A stretch of DNA of 64,000 nucleotides from Patescibacteria group bacterium (GCA_038206475.1 JBBRAU010000001.1:71235-135234), one strand, 5' to 3'. Positions 1-9,345 are shown, counted from the stretch's first letter. The notes: generated by a model not told the origin, from the letters alone. Numbers and translations are program-made.

Positions 1-759
1 AGCAAACAGGTCGCGGTTATAGAAGAGGGCGAGCGTATCGATGCTCCAGGGTAGTGCGTACAGCTTGTGGTCGCCGGTCAGTGCCGCTTGATCTACTTTG
101 CCGCTCTTGTCGGCCAGCGGCCTGGGCCAGATCAAATCAAAACCAGCCGACGGCGAGTAAGCGCTCAGGAAGTTAGTGACGCTTAAGCTGCTCGGGGCCG
201 GCGTTAGCTTATCCTTTTGACGGGCCAACCAATCGTTCCGGATTTGCAGAATATCCGGCGGATTGCCCTCGGCGATGGCATTGTTTAGATCGACTTCGTA
301 GGTGGCAAAGTCTTTTTTTACATAGTGAATGGTGACGTTGGGATGAGCAGCGTGGTAGGCGTCGGTCAATGTTTGGACAGCATCGGCGTTCTCAAACAAC
401 CCCCACATCGTCAGCTCCATTGTTTGCGGCGTAGTAGTGGTTGGCTTTGAACGACCGACCAGCTTTGGCAGCAGCCAAATGAGCAAACCAATAATGGCTA
501 CGGCAGCAATGACACCCAAAATGAGCGGCAACTTTATTTTACGCTTGGCTATCGCTAAACGATTAGGAGAGACGGATTTCGGCGGCACAACCGAAGCTGG
601 TAACGGCGGTGGAGTTACAAAAGCAGCCGGCGGCGGAGTGGCAGGTGAAGCGGGGGCTTCAAGTTGTGTAGGCGCCGGCGCACCACTCTCAGCATGTGGT
701 TCAGGCGACGCGCCTTTGGCTGGTGGTGGCGCCAGCGGCGTTTCTGGTGGTTCGGCCAC
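1..759 (-). CDS. ABC-type extracellular solute-binding protein with Pro-rich N-terminus and TM anchor (runs off window start)
   Basis: Not in ORF track. GTG at 759 preceded by AGGAGAGG; my translation gives Pro-rich segment, TM LILGVIAAVAIIGLLIWLL, then ELTMWG..YHAAHPNVTI..GNPPDI..LYALPWSIDTLALFYNRDLF, typical of sugar-type SBPs. Confidence 0.85.
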   Translation of the reverse strand, partial: MAEPPETPLAPPPAKGASPEPHAESGAPAPTQLEAPASPATPPPAAFVTPPPLPASVVPPKSVSPNRLAIAKRKIKLPLILGVIAAVAIIGLLIWLLPKLVGRSKPTTTTPQTMELTMWGLFENADAVQTLTDAYHAAHPNVTIHYVKKDFATYEVDLNNAIAEGNPPDILQIRNDWLARQKDKLTPAPSSLSVTNFLSAYSPSAGFDLIWPRPLADKSGKVDQAALTGDHKLYALPWSIDTLALFYNRDLFA

Positions 760-895
760 GTCCTCTCCTTTTTTAGCAACTGCCATACGGCAACAGAGCC
801 GCAGCGGTTAAGTGGCAACTATAGTGTAGCGCAGACGAGAGGTGTGGGCTATGCCACGACAGCACATGATGCCGCAGACGCCAGCCCGCGCCGGT

Positions 896-1765
896 TTACT
901 TAAGGACGGTTTTTAGGTAGCGGCTGAAAGCTGCTTCCACGTCAGGATCGCGCAGGGCAAACTCGACATTTGCTTTCAGATAACCCAATTTATTGCCGCA
1001 GTCGTAGTAGGTGCCATTATTAATCCTCCGAGCGTAAACCGCCTCGTGTTGAGCCAGCGCATTAATAGCCTCGGGCAGCCAAATTTCTCCGGCTTTACCA
1101 GGCTTCTGCTGGCGCAGCAGCTCAAAAATAGTCGGCGACAAGACGTAGCCGCCGATGGCCCGTAGTTTCGACGGTTCTTGGCCTAGGCCCGGCTTTTCAA
1201 TGACCGCTTCTACTTTCGTCACCTGATCAGTCACCCGAATGCCTTTAACAAAACCATAGCGCTCTGCATCTTCTGGGCTCTCCTGCGGCAGGACAGAAAT
1301 AATCGAGCCGTGATACTCAGCAAACGAATCAAGTAATTGCTTGATCCAGCCCGGCTCAGCGTAGACAAATTCATCCCCCCAGACGACTAGGAAGGGCTCG
1401 TCACCAACCACCTCAGCCGCCTGCAAGACGGCATGGCCGTTGCCGAGCTGCTCCTTTTGCCGAACGTAGACAAATTTGGCCATATCAGAGATGCGCCGAA
1501 TTTCGTGGTACATCTCCATTTTGCCGGCTTGTTTGAGCCGCTCTTCCAGCTCAAAGTTGTAGTCAAAATGATCTTCGATTGGCCGTTTATTGGAGCCGGT
1601 AATTAAAATAACCTCTTCAATGCCAGCACCAACCGCCTCTTCAACGATGTATTGGATAATTGGCTTGTCGACAATTGGCAGCATCTCTTTGGGCTGCGCT
1701 TTGGTGGCTGGTAAAAAACGCGTACCAAAACCGGCCGCCGGAATAACCATTTTGCGAATCTTCAT
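896..1765 (-). CDS. galU: UTP--glucose-1-phosphate uridylyltransferase
   Basis: VIPAAGFGTRFLPATKAQPKEMLPIVDKP, VRQKEQLGNGHAV, YDCGNKLGY motifs. Confidence 0.95.
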   Translation of the reverse strand: MKIRKMVIPAAGFGTRFLPATKAQPKEMLPIVDKPIIQYIVEEAVGAGIEEVILITGSNKRPIEDHFDYNFELEERLKQAGKMEMYHEIRRISDMAKFVYVRQKEQLGNGHAVLQAAEVVGDEPFLVVWGDEFVYAEPGWIKQLLDSFAEYHGSIISVLPQESPEDAERYGFVKGIRVTDQVTKVEAVIEKPGLGQEPSKLRAIGGYVLSPTIFELLRQQKPGKAGEIWLPEAINALAQHEAVYARRINNGTYYDCGNKLGYLKANVEFALRDPDVEAAFSRYLKTVLK

Positions 1766-1807
1766 ATATACTCCTGAGGCGGCAAGTCTGTTTGTTAAAG
1801 CGTCCGC

Positions 1808-2260
1808 CTAAGCGGCTTCCACTTTGACAACTTTGGTGCGCAGCCGCTCAATTTTTGGCAAGGTAACGGTTAAAATGCCGTCTTTCAAGACCGCCTGGGC
1901 CCGCTCTGCGTTAACGGCGACTGGTAGCTGGTAAACACGGGAGAAAGCGCCCCAATAGCATTCTTGGCTAAAATAGTCGCGGTGCGCCTCAGTCATCTCG
2001 TCTTTGCGCTCGCCTTTAATTGTGACTGTCTCGTCGGTAACCGCAATATCTAAATGCTCCGGCTTAACGCCGGCAATCGGTGCTTTAATCACCACATCAT
2101 CAGCGGTTTGGTAAACGTCGATTGCTAATTGGCCTTCCAACGGCTCTTCAGTGGCAGCTGAAGCCAGCCAGTCGGATTCGACTGGTGTCTCCTCATCGTC
2201 AGCTAAAAGTTTGGCTGCTTGAGCAATTTTCTTCAGCGGATTTCTACTCTCGTCGGACAT
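1808..2260 (-). CDS. Hsp20/alpha-crystallin small heat shock protein
   Basis: LAIDVYQT..IAGVKPEHLDI..QECYWGAFSR..LKDGILTVTLPK; start placed at ATG 2260. Confidence 0.92.
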   Translation of the reverse strand: MSDESRNPLKKIAQAAKLLADDEETPVESDWLASAATEEPLEGQLAIDVYQTADDVVIKAPIAGVKPEHLDIAVTDETVTIKGERKDEMTEAHRDYFSQECYWGAFSRVYQLPVAVNAERAQAVLKDGILTVTLPKIERLRTKVVKVEAA

Positions 2261-2385
2261 CAGAACCTTTCTCAACCAGTGCGCTTCTTTTGCACTTGAC
2301 CTATGCTACCAGTGTGGCGAAACTATGCAATAACGTCAACGAACTGGTTAGTCGGGCACCGCGTCTGAGGCTGCGCGATTATCTC

Positions 2386-3018
2386 ATGCCTGAGTCATGT
2401 ATTCTCTGTGGTCGGCTTAGCCAGAGCCTGTGCCACAACTGCCAAGAGCTACTGCTGAGTCGCGTCCGCTTCGGCACTTGTGGCGCGTGCGGCCGTGTCC
2501 TCCGCCGTGAACGCTGCGTAAAGTGCACCATCCGCCTACCTAAAGTGCGCCGCGCCGTGGCGCTTGGACCCTACAAAGAAGAAATCTGGCAGCAGCTGAT
2601 CATTCAGCTTAAATTTCACAACCAACCAAGCTTAGCCGATTGGCTTGGCCGGCTACTTGGCCTCGTCATCCAGCGCGAACTACCAGAGCGACCGAGCTGT
2701 CTCGTGCCCATACCCAGCAGCCGCTCGCGAATCAGAGAGCGCGGCTACAATCAGGCTGTCCTATTGGCTGAAGCGATCAACCGCGAACTGGCTGTGCCGG
2801 TTCATTTTCACCTGGCACGTCAAAGCAACCTGCACCAAGTTGGTCACAGCCGGAAGGAGCGTTTAGCGCAAGCCGATCATTTTTTTCGACTCAAAAGTGA
2901 GGCGTGTCCACGTCCGCTGCTTATAGATGACGTAATCACGACCGGTGCCACGTTACTGGCCGCCGCCAGCACGCTTGACAGGCGCTGCGATGCTGCTGTC
3001 GTGGCGTATGACGTGTAA
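2386..3018 (+). CDS. comF: ComF family protein (double zinc ribbon + phosphoribosyltransferase)
   Basis: CxxC motifs, LVPIP..RERGYNQA, LLIDDVITTGATL; start uncertain (ATG 2386 or GTG 2314). Confidence 0.88.
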   Translation: MPESCILCGRLSQSLCHNCQELLLSRVRFGTCGACGRVLRRERCVKCTIRLPKVRRAVALGPYKEEIWQQLIIQLKFHNQPSLADWLGRLLGLVIQRELPERPSCLVPIPSSRSRIRERGYNQAVLLAEAINRELAVPVHFHLARQSNLHQVGHSRKERLAQADHFFRLKSEACPRPLLIDDVITTGATLLAAASTLDRRCDAAVVAYDV

Positions 3019-3021
3019 TAT

Positions 3022-3049
3022 AAAACCGGAGACAAAGCTCCGGAGAAAA
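3022..3049 (-). terminator. Intrinsic terminator hairpin between convergent genes
   Basis: CCGGAG(3026-3031)/CTCCGG(3038-3043) stem followed by TTTT on the minus strand. Confidence 0.55.
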
Positions 3050-3202
3050 TTAGCGAAACGGCCGACCTGTAACTGATACTGGATGAACCGAAGAATGCCG
3101 TTGGTTGTGCAGACGGAAAGCCATGTTTTGCAGTAAAATACCGAATACCACCGCTGCCATAAACCACCAAAAGAGGCACGAACTGCGTGGCTTTTGCATC
3201 AT
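3050..3202 (-). CDS. Small 50-aa single-TM membrane protein
   Basis: GGGAGG RBS then ATGATG; MMQKPRSSCLFWWFMAAVVFGILLQNMAFRLHNQRHSSVHPVSVTGRPFR; followed by terminator; below ORF-track cutoff. Confidence 0.6.
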   Translation of the reverse strand: MMQKPRSSCLFWWFMAAVVFGILLQNMAFRLHNQRHSSVHPVSVTGRPFR

Positions 3203-3254
3203 AAACCTCCCATTTCTTTCAAGAGCGGGTAATTGTAGAGGAGTTGGTTACAAA

Positions 3255-3330
3255 TGGTACACCCGGCAGGACTTGAACCTGCGACCTTCGGCTCCGCAAG
3301 CCGACGTTCTATCCACTGAACTACGGGTGC
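3255..3330 (-). tRNA. tRNA-Arg(GCG)
   Basis: GCACCCG...TCGGC-TTGCGGA-GCCGA...GGTTCAAGTCC...CGGGTGT-ACCA cloverleaf. Confidence 0.95.
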
Positions 3331-3472
3331 AAGCAGCAGTCTCGGAGCGCAGCTCCGGGGCTAGTGCCTATACCTGTTTTTGTCGTTTAGTGGCCAGGAT
3401 ACTATAGGTAATCTTGGTATCTGGGCACCAAGGACTATAAATTAACAGAAAACAATAAAAATAACTAGCCTT

Positions 3473-3563
<91 letters not shown>

Positions 3564-3575
3564 AGATGCGTGTTG

Positions 3576-4439
3576 TTAACGGCGGTCGCCTTTCTTACGA
3601 ATCGTGATTTCGACTGAGCCGCGCTTCTCCCGTTTTATCTCGCTAGGCATAGACAAGCTAGCCGCCTCACCGATTTCGGCCGCCTCGGACGGGGCCGCTA
3701 GCGTCTCTACGCGCGACGGGACTAACTCGCCGCGGCGGAAAAACCAGAGCTGTTGGGCAACGGTAAACAGGTTAGTCGTGATCCAATAGAGCGGCAGTGC
3801 CGGCGGCAAGCTCAAAGCAATCACAAACGAAACTGCCGGCATCGTAAACATCAACTGGCGGTTCATCTCCGCGCCCGGTTGTTTAATAGTTGGCTGGAGC
3901 ATGCGAGTTTGCCAGAACTGAATAAGGGCCGCTGCCAGTGCTAAACCAATAACCGCCAGCATTGCCGCGTTTGGTGGAAAATGAATACGTTCAACGTGGG
4001 TCAAACTCAAGCCAAATAGTGAGCTGCCAACATTGGTTGGATGGGGTGTAAAGCTGTAAATGTCTTTTGCTGGCAACGCAGAGAGGTTAGCCCGAAACAC
4101 ACTATACAGCACAAACAGAAACGGCAGCTGGACTAAAAGCGGCAGGCAGCCGCCAAACGGGTTGACGCCTTCCTTTTTGTAGAGCTTATTCATCTCGGCA
4201 TTTTGACGGGCAGGTTCGCCTTTAAACTCTTCGCGAATGCGGTTCATGACTGGCTGTAGTCGCTGAAGTTTGATTTGGGCAACTAAGCCGCGGTAGGAGA
4301 GCCGAATAAACAGCAGGCGCACTAATAGCGTTAGCAGTACCACTGCGACGGCTAAATTATGACCAGGCGTAACTGCCAGCAGCCACAACATAATGTTTAA
4401 GAGAGGCTGATAAATAAGCAAATGAAATAGGGCGGCCAT
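3576..4439 (-). CDS. yidC: YidC/Oxa1 membrane protein insertase
   Basis: LQP..EMNKLYKKEGVNPFGGCLPLLVQLP, LPLYWITTNLF; start ATG 4439 overlaps yidD stop (TAATG). Confidence 0.93.
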   Translation of the reverse strand: MAALFHLLIYQPLLNIMLWLLAVTPGHNLAVAVVLLTLLVRLLFIRLSYRGLVAQIKLQRLQPVMNRIREEFKGEPARQNAEMNKLYKKEGVNPFGGCLPLLVQLPFLFVLYSVFRANLSALPAKDIYSFTPHPTNVGSSLFGLSLTHVERIHFPPNAAMLAVIGLALAAALIQFWQTRMLQPTIKQPGAEMNRQLMFTMPAVSFVIALSLPPALPLYWITTNLFTVAQQLWFFRRGELVPSRVETLAAPSEAAEIGEAASLSMPSEIKREKRGSVEITIRKKGDRR

Positions 4440-4645
4440 TAGCGACAAACCTTCAACTGCTGCCAACCCAGGCGCAGACCCTGGCTTGGGCCGTGAAGCA
4501 AAATAGCCTGGCGGGTATACTCGCTGCAGGTCGGCTGAAAACGGCAAACGCCCCGCGGGAACAATACCCGGCCAAGTAAACTATGGTCAGGCGACACTGT
4601 CACTTGATACAGCCAAATACAGCTCGAGAGTAAGTATTTAATCAT
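4439..4645 (-). CDS. yidD: Membrane protein insertion efficiency factor YidD
   Basis: YQVTVSP..CRFQPTCSEY..G..LG..LKVC; conserved synteny. Confidence 0.92.
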   Translation of the reverse strand: MIKYLLSSCIWLYQVTVSPDHSLLGRVLFPRGVCRFQPTCSEYTRQAILLHGPSQGLRLGWQQLKVCR

Positions 4646-4985
4646 GGAGAAGTTTTGTTTGCCGAAGTAGTTGCTCAAGCGCAGACGAGAGTGCAGCGTG
4701 GTTATCTTCCGGAAACCGCCGGCGGACCTGAATTAAGATATCCACCCCTGGCTGCAGCTTACCCTGCAGTTCTGCTAAGTCGGCCCGAATCATCCGTTTG
4801 TAGCGGTTGCGGATAACCGCCCGTTTATCAACTTTCTTCCCAACGACGACCGTTCCGCGCCACAAACCACCACGCACACGCGAACGCACAACCAGTAACA
4901 ACTCAGAGCTCTTGAAGCGGCGGCCGTGGCGAAGAATCGCCTCAACCTCGTACCGACGACGAAGACGGTGACTGCTCGGAAGCAT
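4638..4985 (-). CDS. rnpA: Ribonuclease P protein component
   Basis: RLRRRYE..VVGKKVDKRAVIRNRYKRMIR (RNR motif). Confidence 0.93.
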   Translation of the reverse strand: MLPSSHRLRRRYEVEAILRHGRRFKSSELLLVVRSRVRGGLWRGTVVVGKKVDKRAVIRNRYKRMIRADLAELQGKLQPGVDILIQVRRRFPEDNHAALSSALEQLLRQTKLLHD

Positions 4986-4990
4986 ACGGT

Positions 4991-5128
4991 TTAGCGTGCA
5001 GCGGTACGGGTGAGCTGACTGCGTCCCTTAGCTCGCCGGGCTGACAATACATTACGACCAGCTTTGGTTTGCATACGGGAGCGAAAACCGGAGGTTTTAC
5101 TCATTTTACGGGTAGGGCTTTTTTGCAT
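4991..5128 (-). CDS. rpmH: 50S ribosomal protein L34
   Basis: Not in ORF track; MQKSPTRKMSKTSGFRSRMQTKAGRNVLSARRAKGRSQLTRTAAR; divergent from dnaA. Confidence 0.95.
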   Translation of the reverse strand: MQKSPTRKMSKTSGFRSRMQTKAGRNVLSARRAKGRSQLTRTAAR

Positions 5129-5205
5129 TCCGTTCCTTTATCTCTTGTATTGAATAGCTATATGTGACGATACGACAAAATAGCGCTGAATTCAAGGTTG
5201 CGGCC

Positions 5206-5214
5206 TGTGGATAA
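5206..5214. promoter_or_regulatory. Consensus DnaA box upstream of dnaA
   Basis: TGTGGATAA = reverse complement of TTATCCACA. Confidence 0.8.
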
Positions 5215-5259
5215 CTTTGATTATGTGAGTGGAGGAGAAGAACGAAAAAAAGGAAGGCC

Positions 5260-6609
5260 GTGGTGGATATCAACAAGGTTTGGGACGCAGCACTGGTTGA
5301 ACTCAAAGCAAGCATCTCGCAAGCAACCTTCCAAACCTGGTTTTCTGACGCCTATATTGAGGATTACGACAACAAACAGCTGACTATCGCTGTCCGCACC
5401 ATTTTCCATAAAGCGAGGTTTGACCACGACTTTCGCCGGCCACTGCAGGAAATTATCAGCCGCCTCTCAGATAGCGAAGTTGAGAGTGTAGTCGCCACAG
5501 TAGACAGTAAACCAGCACCAGAGAAGGCGGCGGCTGAAGGCGGCTTATTTGCCGCGGCAGCAAAACCAACAATAAAAGCACCTCAAGCCAACCCAACTAT
5601 TAAGCCAAAATATACCTTTGAAACGTTCATCATTGGCAACCACAATCAACTAGCCAACGCCGCCTCAAAAGCCGCTGCCGATAACCCCGGCGAAACATAC
5701 AACCCACTCTTTATCTACGGCGGGCCAGGACTTGGTAAGACACATTTAATGCAAGCAATCGGGAACGCCGTTTGGAAACGGCGGCCTGGGACATCCGTGC
5801 TTTACGTTTCTTGCGAGCAATTTACCAACGACTTTATTCAGTCGGTCTCAAGCGGCCGCATGAAATACTTCAAAGATAACTACCGCACTGTTGATATCCT
5901 CTTAATTGATGATATTCAATTCTTAACCAAGAAACAGGGAACGCAAGAAGAGTTTTTTCACACTTTTAACACGCTTCACCAAGCCAATAAACAAATTGTA
6001 CTCACCTCTGACCGACCACCAAAAGCCTTAAATGGTTTAGAGGATCGTTTGGTTTCTCGATTTGAATGGGGAATAGTGGCCGATATTCAACCACCAGACT
6101 ATGAGACCAGAATGGCAATTTTACTATCAAAATGCCGAGAGAAAAATATCTCCGTCAACCCAGATATTTTAGAGTTTTTAGCCCGCCGAATAGAGGAGAA
6201 TGTACGAGAATTGGAAGGGGCGTTAAATAAGGTTATTGGCCTAACCCTACTGCAACCCAATATCACTATCACTCAAGTTGAGCAAGCAATGCGTGAGATG
6301 GCACCTATCTTTAAACGACAGGCGCCACCAATTCAACACATCTTTACCGCTGTTGCCCGATTTTACAATATTGATGTAAACGACTTGCTTGGCTCTCGGC
6401 GCCAGCGTGAATTAGTTCGACCGCGTCAAGTTGGGATGTATTTAGCGAAACAGTTAACTAGTTTATCATATCCAGCAATTGGTAAAGAAATGCGTGGTAA
6501 AGATCACACCACCGTCATCCATGGTGTTAGAAAAATTGAAGCAGATTTAAAAACTGATCCAACATTATATCAAGAGATTAATGAGGTGAAAGAGAAGTTA
6601 TTCTCTTGA
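5260..6609 (+). CDS. dnaA: Chromosomal replication initiator DnaA
   Basis: YNPLFIYGGPGLGKTHL, LLIDDIQF, RELEGAL, KDHTTVIHG. Confidence 0.98.
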   Translation: MVDINKVWDAALVELKASISQATFQTWFSDAYIEDYDNKQLTIAVRTIFHKARFDHDFRRPLQEIISRLSDSEVESVVATVDSKPAPEKAAAEGGLFAAAAKPTIKAPQANPTIKPKYTFETFIIGNHNQLANAASKAAADNPGETYNPLFIYGGPGLGKTHLMQAIGNAVWKRRPGTSVLYVSCEQFTNDFIQSVSSGRMKYFKDNYRTVDILLIDDIQFLTKKQGTQEEFFHTFNTLHQANKQIVLTSDRPPKALNGLEDRLVSRFEWGIVADIQPPDYETRMAILLSKCREKNISVNPDILEFLARRIEENVRELEGALNKVIGLTLLQPNITITQVEQAMREMAPIFKRQAPPIQHIFTAVARFYNIDVNDLLGSRRQRELVRPRQVGMYLAKQLTSLSYPAIGKEMRGKDHTTVIHGVRKIEADLKTDPTLYQEINEVKEKLFS

Positions 6610-6870
6610 GTTTTCCCCAAGCTGTGTCTTATTAAGTTTTGTTATATATAACCAGTAGTAGTGGTGGTAGTGCTGGGGATAGTGAGGATAAGACGAGTGG
6701 CGGCACCGTGATGAGAATGGGGAAAAGTGCTGGATAAAGCGTGAATAGTGGGGTATAGAGAGAGGAGAAGGTGGGGATAGAATAGTCGGCGCCGAAAAAG
6801 GAATGTTTCTGTCCGGCGTAAGTTAGTAATTATTATCCGCGGTCTATCCACAAGTTGTCCACAGGGGTTG
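6610..6870. other. oriC: DnaA boxes, DnaA-trios and AT-rich unwinding element
   Basis: AT-rich 6629-6652, (TAG/TGG)n trios 6654-6671, boxes TGGGGATAG 6674 and TGAGGATAA 6683, further box-like 9-mers up to CTATCCACA and TTGTCCACA near 6844-6863. Confidence 0.85.
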
Positions 6871-6883
6871 GTAAGGAGAAATA

Positions 6884-8002
6884 ATGCAGGTTGAGATTGA
6901 ACGGGAGCAGTTGTCGCAAGCCGTGTCGCGGGTGAGCCGTATTATTGCCCTCCGCCCAGCATTGCCGATGCTGGCTAATATTTTACTCACCCAGTCAGAG
7001 CAGTCACTTGAGTTGTTTGCGACTGATTTAGAGTTGGGTATTGTTACAACCATTCCCTTAACAAAAGACACTCCCCATGATACTTCACAGTTAGTTATTC
7101 CGGCTCGCCCATTGTTTGAGTTTTTAGCCACCAACACTGATCAGCGCATCACCCTCACCTCGAACGGTCCAGGTCTGCGTCTGGAGAGCGAACATATGAA
7201 GGCGGAAATTTCTGGTGTTGAGCTTGGTGAATTTCCGACACCGCCAACCGATACACCTAAATATCAAATAACGGTTAAAAAGATTGATTTTATTCAGGCG
7301 CTGCGCCAGGTTGGGATTGCGCCAGCGGCCCAGGATACGCGACCGGTGCTGACGGGGATGTTGGTTGTTGTGAGGGAGGCTATATTGACCTTAGTGGCAA
7401 CGGACAGCTTCCGTTTAGCCGAGAAGCACCTGACCATTACTGCACCAGAATCGGTGCTGCCGAGCATAATTATTCCCGGTCGTACGGCCAGCGAGTTGCT
7501 GCGCCTAGCAGGGACGGACAGCCACGGTGATGTTGAATTTCGCTTTGATGAGCACCAGTGCCAATTTTTGGTTGGTGGAACTCGTCTTGTTTCACGGTTG
7601 ATTGACGGCAGTTTTCCAGCCTACCAGGGGATTATCCCGCAAGCCTTCCAAACCGAGGCACACCTTAAGCGGGCAGAGCTTTTGAGCTTAGTTAAAGCCG
7701 CTAATGTTTTCTCGCGCGAAAGCGGCTCAAGTATCAAAATGAATTTTTCAACAGATGGCTTTATCCAGGTTCGCTCTGGACAGGGTCAGTTTGGCCAAGT
7801 AGAGACCAGGATGGAGGCTGAAGTAACCGGTGAGTCTATTGAGATCGCTTTCAACGCCCGCTTCGTTCTAGACGTTTTAAATGTCTTATCTGGCCAGGAT
7901 ATTGTCTTCCGCCTTAACGGCAAAACCACGCCAGCGCTGGTGACGACGCCGGATGACCCAAACTATCGCTACGTAATGACACCGCTGCGGATTGAAGGCT
8001 AG
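6884..8002 (+). CDS. dnaN: DNA polymerase III beta sliding clamp
   Basis: ATDLE, RPVLTG, VATDSFRL, SRLIDGSFP, IAFNARF, YVMTPL. Confidence 0.97.
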   Translation: MQVEIEREQLSQAVSRVSRIIALRPALPMLANILLTQSEQSLELFATDLELGIVTTIPLTKDTPHDTSQLVIPARPLFEFLATNTDQRITLTSNGPGLRLESEHMKAEISGVELGEFPTPPTDTPKYQITVKKIDFIQALRQVGIAPAAQDTRPVLTGMLVVVREAILTLVATDSFRLAEKHLTITAPESVLPSIIIPGRTASELLRLAGTDSHGDVEFRFDEHQCQFLVGGTRLVSRLIDGSFPAYQGIIPQAFQTEAHLKRAELLSLVKAANVFSRESGSSIKMNFSTDGFIQVRSGQGQFGQVETRMEAEVTGESIEIAFNARFVLDVLNVLSGQDIVFRLNGKTTPALVTTPDDPNYRYVMTPLRIEG

Positions 8003-9056
8003 GGTGTTGCAGCTGCCAGCGTTGCAGCTGACGAACTTCCGTTCACACACTGACTTGCAGTTGACGCTGGGTGAACAAACGATTTTGCTCGGTCCTAACG
8101 GCGCCGGCAAAACCAACATTTTAGAAGCGATTTATTTTTTAGCCACGACCAGTGGTTTTCGCGGTAAGGGCGACGCCATATTAATCCGTGAGCATGAGAC
8201 GGTAGCCCGGGTAGTTGGCGGTGAGTTTGAGGCAGCACTGGCCAAAGATGGCCGGCGTACGAAGAAAATATTCAAGCTGCGCGGGCTTGAGAAGAAGCTG
8301 AGTGAAGTACCCGGCGAGCTGCCGGTGGTGCTGTTTTCTCCCGAGCTGCTCCAGGTGATTGCTGGCAGTCCAGCCGAGCGACGGCGATTTTTGAACCTAT
8401 TTCTGGCCCAACTTGACCTGCGCTATGCGACGCTGCTTCAGAAGTATCGCCTACGCCTATTGCAGCGCAACGCTCTATTGCAAGCGATTAAGAATGGCGA
8501 GCGTAAAGAGGAGGAGCTGCAGTTTTGGGACACGGAGCTTGCGGCAGTCGGAGGGCAGATCACCTCCGCCCGCCGTCAGTTTTTGGCTAATCTCAGCCGC
8601 GTGCTCGAACAGACCGCTCTACCAATGTTGAACTTACATGAAGTCAGTTTGCGTCTGATTGAGACTGTACCCCACGGGCGTAGTTTAGAGGAAGCACTGA
8701 TGGCGGCGCGCGGTACGGATGTGCGCTACGGCCAAACAACGGTTGGACCGCATCGCGACGACCTCAGTTTTCGCTTTCTCGGCAAAGCCTTAGCAGACTT
8801 TGGCTCGCGGGGGGAGTGGCGGCGGGCGCTGCTAACTGTTCAGTTTGCCGTGCTGTTGCTACTGGAAGAGGCCGGCAAAACCGGTCTGCTGCTGCTTGAT
8901 GATGTCTATTCAGAGCTTGATGCCGAGCACCGGCATCTCTTGTCGGCCATGATTGCCGGTCGGCCGGTTGTTGTCACAACCACCGAACGGGCTAATATCG
9001 GCGGTGAACTGCCAACGTCGGCGACGGTTATTGAGGTGGTGCGCCATGAGCCTTGA
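7992..9056 (+). CDS. recF: DNA replication/repair protein RecF
   Basis: GPNGAGKTNILEAI, GPHRDDL, GSRGE, LLLDDVYSELD. Confidence 0.95.
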   Translation: MKARVLQLPALQLTNFRSHTDLQLTLGEQTILLGPNGAGKTNILEAIYFLATTSGFRGKGDAILIREHETVARVVGGEFEAALAKDGRRTKKIFKLRGLEKKLSEVPGELPVVLFSPELLQVIAGSPAERRRFLNLFLAQLDLRYATLLQKYRLRLLQRNALLQAIKNGERKEEELQFWDTELAAVGGQITSARRQFLANLSRVLEQTALPMLNLHEVSLRLIETVPHGRSLEEALMAARGTDVRYGQTTVGPHRDDLSFRFLGKALADFGSRGEWRRALLTVQFAVLLLLEEAGKTGLLLLDDVYSELDAEHRHLLSAMIAGRPVVVTTTERANIGGELPTSATVIEVVRHEP

Positions 9057-9345
9057 GCCACTCGGGAGTGTGCTTAGACGAGCCGGCCAGAGCCGCCGCG
9101 AGCTCTCGGCGGCTCATATTTGCGCATTCGCTGAGGCGATGGGAGATGGCCGTTTTCGCGCTAAGAGCTATAAAAATGGTGTTTTAACGCTTGCTGCGCC
9201 TAGCGCCGCCGCCGCCCATAGTTTGAGTTTAGAGACGACGCATTTACAAACCGAAATTAATACATATTTTGGGGGAAAAGCGGTACGCCAAATTCGCGTT
9301 CGGCCAGAATCAAAAGTCAATAACCAAAGTGAATATGGTCAATAA
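9046..9345 (+). CDS. DUF721/DciA-like protein
   Basis: Follows recF; NGVLTLAAPSAAAAHSLSL..L..EIN..VRQIRVR. Confidence 0.75.
   Translation: MSLEPLGSVLRRAGQSRRELSAAHICAFAEAMGDGRFRAKSYKNGVLTLAAPSAAAAHSLSLETTHLQTEINTYFGGKAVRQIRVRPESKVNNQSEYGQ

Noticed and set aside
437-811. 124-aa Gly/Ala-rich plus-strand ORF
   Set aside because: Antisense shadow of the Pro-rich N-terminus of the solute-binding protein
2877-3407. 100-aa ORFs 2877..3179 and 3105..3407
   Set aside because: They overlap comF or the tRNA and lack an RBS; the 50-aa ORF explains the region better
4440-4547. N-terminal extension of yidC in the ORF track
   Set aside because: Overlaps yidD; the TAATG coupling at 4439 marks the likely start
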